From assembly GCF_044704955.1 (NCBI RefSeq), contig NC_091989.1:104780001-104844000 (forward strand): 64,000 nt of DNA. Reading direction: 5' to 3'. Under the pieces are notes generated by a model. That model ran no database searches, was not told where the DNA came from, and saw only the letters and a program-made list of their open reading frames with translations. Source of the stretch: Pristiophorus japonicus. Its lineage: Eukaryota. The position numbers and the translations under genes were made by a program. Of this stretch, positions 27,575 to 38,911 are shown one piece after another; position 1 is the stretch's first letter, and each line of letters begins with the position of its first letter.

Positions 27575-29885
27575 GAGGCACAGCAGGAGTCCCAGACTCC
27601 TCAATCCCTGGGTATGTCTTGTTCCACTGGCAGGACAGACCCACCCGAGGTGATGGCACAGTGGTATACAGTCAGGAGGGACTGGCCCTGGGAGTCCTCA
27701 ACATTGATTTCAGACCCCATGAAGTCTCATGGCTTCAGGTCAGAATGGGCAAGGAAACCTCCTGCTGATTACCTCCCTCCCTCAGCTGATGAATCAGTAT
27801 TCCTCCATGTTGAATACCACTTGGAAGAAGCACGAAGGGTAGCAAGGGCACAGAATGTACTCTGGGTGTGGGGGACTTCAATGTCCATCACTAAGAATGG
27901 CTCATTAGAACCACTACTGACCAAGCTGGCCAGTCCTGAAGGACATAGTTGCCAGACTCGGTCTCCAGCAGGTGGTGAGAGAACCAACACAAGGGGAAAA
28001 ACCTACTTGACCTCGTCCTCACCAATCTACCTGTCACAGATGCATCTATCCATAACAGCATTAGTAGCATTGATCACACAGAAGACACCCTCCATCGTGT
28101 TGTGTGGCACTACCACCATGCTAAATGGAACAGATTCAGAACAGATCTAACAACTCAAAACTGGGCATCCATGAGGCGCTGTGGGCCATCAGCAGCAGCA
28201 GAATTGTATTCCACCACAATCTGTAACCTCATGGCCTGGCATATCCCTCACTCTACCATTACCATCAAACAGGGGACCAACCCTAGTTCAATGAGGAGAG
28301 CAGAAGAGCATGCCTGGAGCAGCACCAGGTGTACCTAAAATGAGGGACCAACCTGGGGTTGTTGCGACACAGGACTACATGCACACTATACAGCGGAATG
28401 GGCCTAAGCAGACTTAAGCATCCCAGAATCAATGGATCAGATCAAAGTTCTGCAGTCCTGCCACATCCACTTGTGAATGGTGGTAGACAATTAAACAATT
28501 AATGGGAGGAGGAGGCTCCATGAATATCCCCATCCTCAATGATGGAGGAGCCCAGCACACAAGTGCCAAAGACAAGACTGAAGCATTTGCAACCATCTTC
28601 AGCCAGAAGTTCCGAGTTGATGATCCTTATTGGTCTCTCCCTGAGGTCCCCACCATTACAGAAGCCAGTCTTCAGCCAAATCAATTCACTCCACGTGGTA
28701 TACTGGATACAGCAAAGGCAATGAGCCCCGACAACATCCCGGCTGTCGTGCTGAAGAATTGTGCTCCAGAACTAACTGCGCCTCTAGCCAAGCTGTTCCA
28801 TTACAGCTGTAACACTGGCATCTACCCAACAATGTGGCAAACTGCCCAGGTATGTCCCATCCACAAAAAGCAGGACAAATATAATCTGGCCAATTACCGC
28901 GCCATCAGTCTGCTCTCAATCATCAACAAAGTAATGGAAGGAGTTATCAACAGTGCTATTAAGCGGCACTTACTCACCAATAACCTGCTCACCAATGCTC
29001 AGTTTGGGTTCCGCCAAGACCACTCGGCTCCAGACCTCATTACAGCCTTGGTCCAAACATGGACAAAAGAGCTGAAATCCAGAAGTGAGGTAAGAGTGAT
29101 GCCATTGATATCAAGGCAGCATTTGACCGAGTGTGACATCAAGGAGCACTAGTAAAATTAAAGTCAATGGGAATCAGAGGGAAAGCTCTCCACTGGCTGG
29201 AGTCATACCCAGCACACAGGAAGATGGTTGTGGTTGTTGGAGGACAATCATCCCAGATCCAGGATATCACTGCAGGAGTTCTTCAGGGCAGTGTCCTAGG
29301 CCCAACCATCTTCAGCTGCTTCATCAAAGACCTTCCCTCCAACATAAGGTCAGAAGTGGGGATGTTCACTGATGATTGCACAGTGTTCAGTTCCACTGGC
29401 AACTCCTCAGCAAATGATGCAGTCCATGTTCACATGCAGCAAGACCTGGACGACATTCAGGCTTGGGCTGACAAGTGACAAGTAATATTCGTGCCACACA
29501 AGTGCCAGGCATTGACCATCTCCAACAAGCAAGAGTATAACCACCTCCCCTTGATATTCAACGGCATTACCATCACAGAATCCCTCACCTTCAAAATCCT
29601 GGGGTTCACCATTGATTAGAAACCTAATTGGTCCAGCCACATAAATATTGTGGCAAGAAGGGTGGGTCAGAGGCTGGGTATTCTGTGGCGATTGTCTAAC
29701 CTCCTGACTCCCCAAAGCTTTTCCACCATCTAGAAGGCACAAGTCAGGAGTGTTAGATGGAATACTCTCCACTTGCCTGGATGAGTGCAGCTCCAACAAC
29801 ACTCAAGAAGCTCAACACAATTCAACACAAAGCAGCCATTTGATTGGCACCCCATCCACCACTTTCAATATTCACTCCCTCTACC
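27575..29885 (+). mobile_element. CR1/L2-group LINE of a second family, decayed ORF2
   Basis: Endonuclease remnants, followed by RT motifs NYRAISLLS, QFGFR, QGSVLGP and FTDD. Confidence 0.85.
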
Positions 29886-30973
29886 AGCAGGTTAAAGGGA
29901 AACTAAGTAAAACGAGCAGTTTGTTAAAACTTTAGTCCGAGGCTGCGGTTGGGCCAAAGCGGAGGGGGGACAACTTTAAAAAAAAATTTCACTAAAAATA
30001 AATAAAAAGATAAAAAGCATACCCAAGACACTTTTACACCTAATCACTGTTTCAAAATTTTAAAAAAAAATAAAGAAAGAAACTTTAACTTACTTTTCTT
30101 TGCAGAGTACTCACTTACCACCTGTTTAAGCAGCTTTTACAGGGCGGTTCCCTCGGCGATATGGACCAGCTTCCGTTCAGGCCAAACTTACACCCTGGCA
30201 ATTTTCTCGGCGCTGCACGTTGGCGGTTTGATCCCGCAAGGCGTTTTCAGATTTGGACAATACCACTAAAAACATAATGGAGAAAATTTCGCCGGGCGGA
30301 TAAAGAGCTGTACCACCGAGAAAATCGCCGTGAACCCGCCGGAAATGATAGGGAAGTTTAGCCACAATTCTGGGCCAAGGCCTTAGAGAGGGTGCAGAAA
30401 AGATTTACTAGAATGATACCAGGAATGAGGGACTTCAGTCATGTGGCGAGGCTGGAGAAACTGGGGAATTTTCTCCTTAGAGCAAAGAAGGATGAGAGCA
30501 AATTTGATCGAGGTGTTCAAATTCCCGAATGGTTTTGATGGAGTAAATAAAGCGATTGGTCTAGAAATTGGTCTTTTGGTGATAGCGGTATTTTGTCGGC
30601 ATTTTTTGCTAAAAAAAACATTAAAAATACAACTAATTTTTAAAGGCATAAAATTGGCAAAAAAAAAATACGCCTCACGGCAAAAATTAACATTGTACGA
30701 GGATTCACGGTGGAAACTGCGGTCCTCACCAGCTTTAGTCCGAGGCCGATTACCAGTAAAAAGACACTGGGAGGGGGGAACATACACCAAAAAAATTGTA
30801 AAAGTTAAAACAATAAACAATCACAAACATTCACAAGGCTTATCTAGCAAATCGTTGAAAAATTAATATATAAAAACGTTAACACCTTTTTTGCAGGTCT
30901 TCATACCTACCGCTGTTTCTGGGACTGCAATGCAGTCTTTTCTCGGGCGTATTTTTTTCATGCAGAATCATCT

Positions 30974-31843
30974 ATCATCATCATAGGCAGTCCGTCGGAA
31001 TCGAGGAAGACTTGATGCCACTCTTAACATGAGTTCTTAGGTGGCTGTACAGTCCAATACAAGAGCCACAGTCTCTGTCACAGGTGGGACAGGTAGTCAT
31101 TGAGGGAAGGGGTGGGTGGGACTGGTTTGCCTGCAAGCTTTCGGCGACGAGACTTCAGATGCTCAGCACCCTCCCGGATGCACTTCCTCCACTTAGGGCG
31201 GTCTTTGGCCAGGGACTCGCAGGTGTCAGTGGGGATGTCGCACTTTATCAGGAAGGCTTTGAGGGTGTCCCTATATTGCTTCCGCTGCCCACCTTTGGCT
31301 CGTTTGCCGTGAAGGAGTTCCGAGTAGAGTGCTTGCTTTGGGAGTCTCATGTCTGGCATGCAAACTATGTGGCATGCCCAGCGGAGCTGATCAAGTGTGG
31401 TCAGTGCTTCAATGCTGGGGCTGTTGGCCTGGTCAAGGACGCTAACATTCCTCCCAGGGGATTTGCAGGATCTTGCGGAGACATCGTTGGTTGTATTTCT
31501 CCAGCGACTTGAGGTGTCTACTATACATGGTCCATGTATCTGAGCCATACAGGAGGGTGGGTATTACTACAGCCCTGTAGACCATGAGTCTAGTGATAGT
31601 TTTGAGGGCCTGGTCTTCAAACATTCTGTTCCTCAGACGGCCGAAGGTGTTGGATCTCATCATCAGTGCCTGCGCTTGTTGGTAGGAGGCTCCCGCGATC
31701 GGGGAAGTGGTCCACATTGTCCAGGGCCGCGCCTTGGATCTTGATGACTGGGGGGCAGTGCTGTGTGGCGAGGACAGGCTGGTGAATGACCTTTGTCTTA
31801 CTGATGTTTAGCATATGGCCCATGCTTCCGTACGCCTCAGTAA
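30974..31843 (-). mobile_element. RTE-clade LINE 3' fragment with (ATG)n tail
   Basis: LLYGSDTWT and RLPKQALYSEL...GGQRKQYRDTLK motifs. The tail reads TCATCATCAT on the + strand near 30975. Confidence 0.85.
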
Positions 31844-32451
31844 AGGATACGCTAAATGGCCAATTTAAGGTGATATCACATTTTTTCATCTTGCATGACG
31901 GCAGGCCTCGCTTTTCAGCGGTATTTCTGTATTGTATAGGGTTAATCACACAGGGTTAATTATGATATTTAGTCATTCACAGTACTGTCTCTGCTCCATG
32001 CTTCGTGGATGTTGTTGCTATATATAGAGAGGGAAAGCAACCTTGAGACGCACACCAGCTTATTATGAGACGGTCCGCGGCTCGAGGTCTCATGCTTTGT
32101 GGACAAGCACCTGGGGCCTTACAGATTAGGAGTTGTCCATAAGCCACATGCACCCATGTTTTGTTCAATAGTATGTTTATTTGATAGTATAAAGGTACAG
32201 CACTGTCCCGTAGCTCTTTGAACTTCACCTTGGACCGTGATTCAGCCATCACTTGTGGAGTTCCCGATGGGCTGAAGGCTGTGAGCGTTGTTGCATCTTA
32301 TCATACTTCTCTTTTCTTCGTAAACTGTATTATTAATGTTTCTTTTCTCTCAGTAAACAGTGTTTTATTCTTTACTTCATTTGTCTTGTCTTTTATTTAA
32401 AATTCATCCAGATCCCGAACCTGGGTCTATTATTATTGATCCAAAACATTT

Positions 32452-32469
32452 TGGCGTCATGAACAGGAT
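32452..32469 (+). promoter_or_regulatory. ERV primer-binding site, tRNA-Ser type
   Basis: TGGCGTCATGAACAGGAT lies 3 nt after the 5' LTR. It matches 17/18 to the complement of the vertebrate tRNA-Ser(CGA) 3' end as recalled (TGGCGTCACGAACAGGAT). Confidence 0.75.
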
Positions 32470-35400
32470 CTGGTAAAATGTTTAAGAGAAAAGACAAGAA
32501 GCAGTCTCCTCCTGCGGGAGAGAAGTATAGAATACCAGGGTGGGGCACGAGGGATGAGGGTTTTGGCTCTCTTGCCAAGGTGCGAGCCCGGTTTGGACCC
32601 CCACAACATGGGGATACGCCATTAATGGAACAGAACAAAGATAGAGCCGTACCCCACGCGGTACTGTCTCTCCTGGAGGAAGCGGGCTTCCCACAGGAGA
32701 AAAATAGTCCCCCAGAAATGGGATGGATTTTGTTGACAGCCTTAAGGGCAATGTGTAAACAACTGAAGGAAAGTGAGGCAGAAAACCGACAGTTAAAACC
32801 AGCTGCTAAGATTTAGGAAAGTCAAAACTCGACCCTGACTGAAGCGGTCTGCACTGCACAAGAACGGGCTGACAAGGGCAATAAACAATCAGAAACTATA
32901 ATATGCCATCTGCCGACAGTACAAAATAAAAAGAAAACTAGACGATGGAAATTACAGCTGGATTTGAAATATATCTTTTGTATTTGCTGCTGCACGTGGT
33001 ATGGACTTGCTCAATCCGATCCCAGTGAGTGTTTAAAAGCCCATGCAAAAGCATGTGGGGAATGTATAGAAGCTGGAAAAAATTGAGAGGGCGGGGGGAA
33101 CGGGAAGAAACTAAAGACTCTCCCCCATACGCTCCGAGCTCGTAAGCTAGACCTCTTATGACAAATAAGATGAAACAGCAAGATGGGGAACAGCCGGTAA
33201 CCACTGGAGGGGTGTGTGACTTCACCACTAGTGAGTTACAAGAAATGGTTACTATAGAGGTCCGGCAAAAATATCCCTCTGCCGTTGATTGGGAAGGGGA
33301 GGTAAAACCTTGGGCTACTATGGCGGAGGGTGCGATACAGTTGCGCAACATGGCAACACAGGGAGGAATATCACCAACAATCTGGGGGGGCCAGATCAGG
33401 AGCTCTTTACGGCAGGAATGCGGAGTAGGCTGATGAAGAGTGGCCCTCCTATGATGAGGGGTGAGCTACTCGCATTATTGGGACCAGCCCAAGTGCAGTG
33501 GGTGGGGGACGCCTGCCTATTGTTAGGACAGTTAGAGGATGTAGAAGATCTCCTCAACTAGGGGTGTGGCCGGGGTCCGAGAGCACTCCCATTGAGAACC
33601 ACATCAACACAAGCTCCCGGGGATCTGAGGCCACACATTCCAATTACTTACCTGCAGGGGATTAACCATAATAAGCTTTGTTGAATGAAGAAAAACTTTG
33701 TGAATGTCTGTCTGTGAATGAAAGCGCTTTTGTGATTTTTTGACTGCGGAATTAATTTTTCATGTGCCTGAAAGCCTGTTTGGAAAATAGTGGGGCTGTC
33801 TGTTTGTTTTAGCTCCATCCACTTTTTCAAACAGAGTGAAGGTTTTTTTTAAACCCTTCGTAGTGTTGTCCTGTATGTGGGAAGTCTTCAGAAAGTGTGA
33901 ACCTTACAGGGGAAACCATACAAGCGCTCTTGGGGCGGGTATCATTAGATATGCGGTATCCCCCTACAATAGTCCTGTTTGGCCTGTGCAGAAACCCGAC
34001 AAAAGATGGAGGATGACTGTAGACTACCGACAACTGAACAAATTTGCTCCTCCCCTGGCAACCGCTGTCCCAGATGTAGTAACTATAACAGAGCGGAGTG
34101 GTATGCGGTAATCGACCTGGCCAATGAGACACACAAGGTCGGGTGAGCGCAGCAAAGCTCCATAGTGCGCTGGAAATGGTATATCGCAGACAGAGGAAAT
34201 AAAGGAAAAGAAGGAATCACCCGACTACATGAGCATGTGGCTGAATATCCACAAACAGCTGAGAGTGAACTTACGCAATCGTCTGACAGTTTAACCAAAG
34301 AGTCACCAATCACCTGGGGCATGTCTTTTGAACAGTTAACACCTGAAGAGCATAGCCATGCCTGGTTCGCAGATGGCTCAGCGGTCTGGCGAAACGGCCT
34401 TCGGCGATGGCAAGCCGCTGCCTTCAATCTAAAAACCCAGACAATTGTGCATGATGAGGGCATGGGAGGCTCCAGCCAGCTAGCAGAACTAGCAGCTGTA
34501 GTCCTTGTGTTGGAAGAGGAACAGCAACAAGTACACATATATACTGACTCATGGGCAGTAGCTAATGGCATGGCAAGCTGGATGCAAAACTGGCATGAAC
34601 ATAACTGGCAAATAACTGGGAAAGACTTGTGGGGAAAGCACCTATGGGAACAAATGTGGTCCAAAGCCCAGAAGATGAAAATAACTGTATATCGTGTGGA
34701 CGCTCACATGAAAAACACTTCAAAGACCTCTGAACATAATAACACCATTGATAATATAGCCCATGTACGGGCTGTCAAAGAGGCAGAAGGATAGAATATG
34801 GCATAGGCAAGTGGGCCCATCACAAATCTAGACATTTGGACATTCAGGGTACGATATAATGGGCACGAAATAGGGGGTTACATTTGACTACGGACGGTGT
34901 TAAACAGATCATAAACACCTGTGAAATTTGTCAAAAGGTGAAGCATTTTCCCCTACAACGACAACCCGGTGCCCATATTAAGAGAGGGACTCAACCAGCA
35001 CAAATATGGCAAGTTGATTATGTAGGACCTTTACCATTGCAACAATGGTTCCAATATTTGCTCACTGCTGTTGATACCTATTCTGGACTTTTGATAGCTT
35101 ATCCAGTGACTAAAGCGAATCAACAAAGTACGATTAAAGGACTGGAGAATTTAATCACATACTATGGTGAGCCAGCAGAAGTACAGTCCGATAATGGGTC
35201 GCACTTCACAGGTCAAACAGTGCAACAGTGGCCCATACACAATAGGATCTATTGGATGTTTCACATACCTTACTATCCGCAAGCTGCAGGGTTAATAGAA
35301 TGCATGAATGGAATACTTAAGCAATAGATTAAAATATTAACTCCCACTAACACATTGCAAGGGTGGTTAAAGGTCTTACCACAAGCAGTACGCAATCTGA

Positions 35401-35703
35401 ATCACCAACCATTGCAGGGGGGGGGGGGGCGGGGTGAACTCCCATAAGCCCCATGTTAGGCAAAGTTAGTGTCCCTACTATTGAAAAAGAAAATCAGACT
35501 CAGGACACAGTTTGTGAAGGCGGAAAAGTGTGGGTGCCAGAAACCCTTACAAGCAGGGGAAATCTTAGCAAAAGGAGAAGGAAACACTTATTGGGTGCTC
35601 CTGACTGGTCAAGATATTCCTCTCTGTGTTGCCAAGGGTAAATTGACTAAACGGGGCTGAATTAACAACACCTATGCTTCCTCCCACAGGATTTCTGCCC
35701 AAA

Positions 35704-36026
35704 ATGGCGACTTACCAACTCGTGCTGGCCAGTCTCTGTGTCTCGTTATCTGTGACGGTGCTACTTCCATCCTCAAACACAGCATGGAATGGCCATATAG
35801 GGTGGCGGTTAGCTAACACTGATCGTACGCAAGACAATTACTAACCTTCCTCCCACTGTAGACCTAACTCGCTTAGCTCAATTTCTAAAAGCTAACACTG
35901 GTCGTTGTTTTATTCGTCATGTTATTACTGCTTGTATGTATTCTTTAGTGTAGACTGCGGGCGTTGCTTGCACCTACTCAACGTGTAACTGATGCATTAC
36001 GTCTTCAACTTCATTATATCACTTAG
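35704..36026 (+). pseudogene. ERV env-position remnant: signal peptide plus TM anchor
   Basis: Splice acceptor (CTTCCTCCCACAG, AG at 35688-35689) followed by MATYQLVLASLCVSLSVTVLLP. A later segment reads TLVVVLFVMLLLLVCIL*CRLR. Stops and frameshifts are present. Confidence 0.55.
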
Positions 36027-37019
36027 AATGTCTAAATATCAATGGTGGATTGTATTGAATGGGGTTAATCACACAGGGTTAATTATGATATTTAGTCATT
36101 CACAGTACTGTCTCTGCTCCATGCTTCGTGAATGTTGTTGCTATATATAGAGAGAGAAAGCGACCTTGAGACGCACACCAGCTTGTTATGAGATGGTCCG
36201 CGGCTCGAGGTCTCATGCTTTGTGGACAAGCACCTGGGGCCTTACAGATTAGGAGTTGTCCATAAGCCACATGCACCCATGTTTTGTTCAATAGTATGTT
36301 TATTTGCTAGTATAAAGGTACAGCACTGTCCCGTAGCTCTTTGAACTTCACCTTGGACCGTGATTCGCGAGCGGTGCCGGGACCCCCAATGCCCCAGACC
36401 AGCCGTCGCTTGTGGCGTTCCCAACGAGGGAAGGCTGTGCGTGTTGTTGCATCTTATCATACTTCTCTTTTCTTTGTAAACTGTATTATTAATGTTTCTT
36501 TTCTCTCAGTAAACAGTGTTTTATTTTTACTTCATTTGTCTTGTCTCTTATTTAACATTCATCCAGATCCCGAACCTGGGTCTATTATTATTGATCCAAA
36601 ACAATTTCAAAACTGACGAAACCAGGACTGAATATTTACCTTCTCTCACTGTCCACGCATCTGCATGAAGAGTCCCTTTCATGAGGTGTTGGAACGCACC
36701 TGCGGCCTGAATCCTTAGTTTCAGGATTGAGAAGAGGGTCAAAGGTAAATGTTGATGAAGAAGATTATTGGAATGAAGTGCCCGCTGGGAAAGCATTGCT
36801 TCTCAGGTGGTAACTTTTCAGCCGAGAGTTCAGAGGGGGCCTGGCTACTACTTCCCACGCAGAAGTATAACCGGAACCCAATACGTTCCTTTAGTTACGT
36901 GATATCTTATGTCAGGGTCACACGTTTCATATATTTACTTACAACATCCATCTCTTACACAAACCATTAAGGACACCATTCACATTTGCAGCAAGTGGCC
37001 AACTAACTTTATTTGCACC

Positions 37020-37074
37020 ATGTCGGTGAGAGCAACAGTGCAGTACATGGCTCTTCTGGGCATCCTTTGGCCAG
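37020..37074 (+). CDS. IgSF receptor exon 1 (leader)
   Basis: ACCATG start encoding MSVRATVQYMALLGILWP. Phase-1 donor CAG|GTACC, then a 211-bp intron to the V exon, as in the split leaders of Ig/TCR genes. Confidence 0.75.
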
Positions 37075-37285
37075 GTACCTCGAGTTGTTATATTTTTCCG
37101 TTTCTGAACAGCAAACCCTATTTTAGAATATTCTACAACTGTTGTGCATTGTAAAGTTAGATACCGTGCTTTTCCAATTTGATTGCTGGTGTTTCTTAAT
37201 TATTCTTGTATTTGACGTCTCTTAATTATTTTTCTTTATCTGATGTGTGCAACTGTTATCGCCATTCTAGTTTAATTTCCGATAG

Positions 37286-37591
37286 CCGTTGAAGTAAATT
37301 CGAACAAAGTGGACCAATTCCCTAAACACATGAAGGTTGCCAGGGGCATAAATGTTTCCATGTTCTGCATATTTCCCATATTTCAAGATGCCCCCGATGT
37401 TTATTGGAGCAGAAGCGGCGAGGAGACGTTTCTGGAGCCAGACAGCAGAAAGCAATTTAATGTAAAGAAGGGCAGAGGGTCATTTGATGTCCTGAATGCG
37501 AGTGTCGCAGACTCTGGAATGTATTACTGTACAGTAAAACATAATCAAACCACTGTTGGAGATGGAAGTGGCTCCCGGCTTACTGTGTTCG
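37286..37591 (+). CDS. IgSF receptor exon 2: germline-joined V-J type domain
   Basis: Phase 1-1 exon of 306 nt (GATAG|CC...TTCG|GTAAG). Encodes VDQFP...SMFC...VYW...DSGMYYC...GDGSGSRLTVF, with canonical V-set Cys/Trp/DxGxYYC and a J-like GxG strand. Confidence 0.9.
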
Positions 37592-38184
37592 GTAAGTGCC
37601 ATTGTGCCGGGGAGTGGGAGATTCTCAGCAGTGTGCGGTATATGTAAATCTCAATAGTGGGGGCCATTTGAACTTTTATCACTGGACGAAAACTGGTGAT
37701 AGCAAATTCGTTTTACACTTCTCCCGATTTTATTTTACATTTACTGCGGTGTACTCCGGCCCGCCGATTCGCTATCGCCCATTTTGCGCGATTGCCCAAG
37801 ATCAATTTCAACCCTTCATTGTCCGCATGCAATTCCAAAGGTTTTACATCTAATAAGTTATTTGGAAGTGCAGTTACAGTTGTTATGGAGGTAAGATACT
37901 GGAAGAGTATACTTGTTTAAATCTTGGCTTGAAATTAATAACTGGGATTAGGTGGCCAGATTTCTTATCAGCAAAATAGCGGTGCCGAGGAGCGACATTG
38001 GGAACAATGTTAACACCTTTTAGGTCAAGTCTCTTATATAACATGAAAGGCCATCTGCTCCATCCCAACAAGGTGCCTTCGTTGCAAACTCAGCAGAACA
38101 ATGTCTTTCTGCAACCCTGTTTATTTCACACACGGGGTAACCGTTTGAAATTGCCAATCTAATATTTTATATGCTGAATTGCCC

Positions 38185-38588
38185 AAAATGTGGAATTCCC
38201 TCTCTCAGAAGGCTGTGGATGGAGAGACAATTGGAACTTTCAAAATTGAGATGGATAGATTTCGTTAGGCAAGGGTATCAAGGGATATAATACGGGGGAG
38301 CCAATTTAAAACCGAGTTGAGAAGGAATTTCTTCTCCCAGAGGGTTGTGAATCTGTGGACTTCTCTGTCCAAGGAAGGAGTTGAGGCTAGCTCATTGAAT
38401 ATATTCAAATCACAGATAGATTTTTAACCAATATGGGAATTAAGGGTTATAGGGAGCGGGCGGGTAAGTGGAGCTGAATCCACGGCCAGATCAGCCATGA
38501 TCTTGTTGAATGGCAGAGCAGGCTCGAGGGGCTAGATGGCCTACTCCTGTTCCTAATTCTTATGTTCTTATGTTCTTATGTTCTTATT
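38185..38588 (+). mobile_element. Two CR1 3'-end fragments in intron 2
   Basis: The second fragment matches 15337-15630 and ends in (TTCTTATG)n. Confidence 0.85.
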
Positions 38589-38589
38589 A

Positions 38590-38910
38590 ATGTTGGGGAA
38601 GTCCAGAACCAGGGGTCGCAGTCTGGGGATGGGGGGTAGGCCATTTGGGACCGAGATGGGGAGAGACTTCTTCGCCTGGAGAGTGGTGGGACTGTGGCGT
38701 TCTCTGCCACAGAAGGTTGTTGGGGCCAGTTCACTGGGTATATTCGGGAAGGAGTTAGATGTGGTCCTTGCTACTGGGGGGATTGAGGGGTGTGGTGGGA
38801 GGGCAGGGTACTGAAGTTGCATGTTCAGCCATGAACTCATTGAATGGCGGTGCAGGCTCGAAGGGCCAAATGACCTACTCCTGCACCTATTTTCTATGTT
38901 TCTATTTTTC
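38590..38910 (+). mobile_element. CR1 3'-end fragment with dense A-to-G hypermutation
   Basis: Aligns to the reverse complement of 17830-18157 with about 30 A>G changes between 38608 and 38802. Confidence 0.9.
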
Positions 38911-38911
38911 T

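Larger units (their letters stand above)
31928..36603 (+). mobile_element. Endogenous retrovirus provirus, class III (ERV-S/L-like), internally deleted
   Basis: LTRs 31928-32448 and 36051-36603 (TG...CA). 5-bp TSD ATTTC at 31923-31927 and 36604-36608. Retroviral RT N-terminus (SPYNSPVWPVQKPDKRWRMTVDYRQLN), RNase H (WFADGS...AELAAV...YTDS) and integrase (WQVDYVGPLP...SDNGSHF). Confidence 0.93.

Noticed and set aside
36984-37018. Two octamer-like motifs (ATTTGCAG, ATTTGCAC) upstream of the ATG
   Set aside because: Each is only a 7/8 match to ATTTGCAT, and one abuts the start codon. Too weak to call an Ig-type promoter.
37540-37700. Recombination signal sequences after the V exon
   Set aside because: No CACAGTG heptamer with a spaced nonamer follows YYC. 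The J-like strand and splice donor are already joined.
38590-38810. APOBEC-type G-to-A editing of the other CR1 copies as the explanation for the mismatch cluster
   Set aside because: Several independent copies in the window share the A state and the conserved protein sequence, so the G-rich copy is the derived one.
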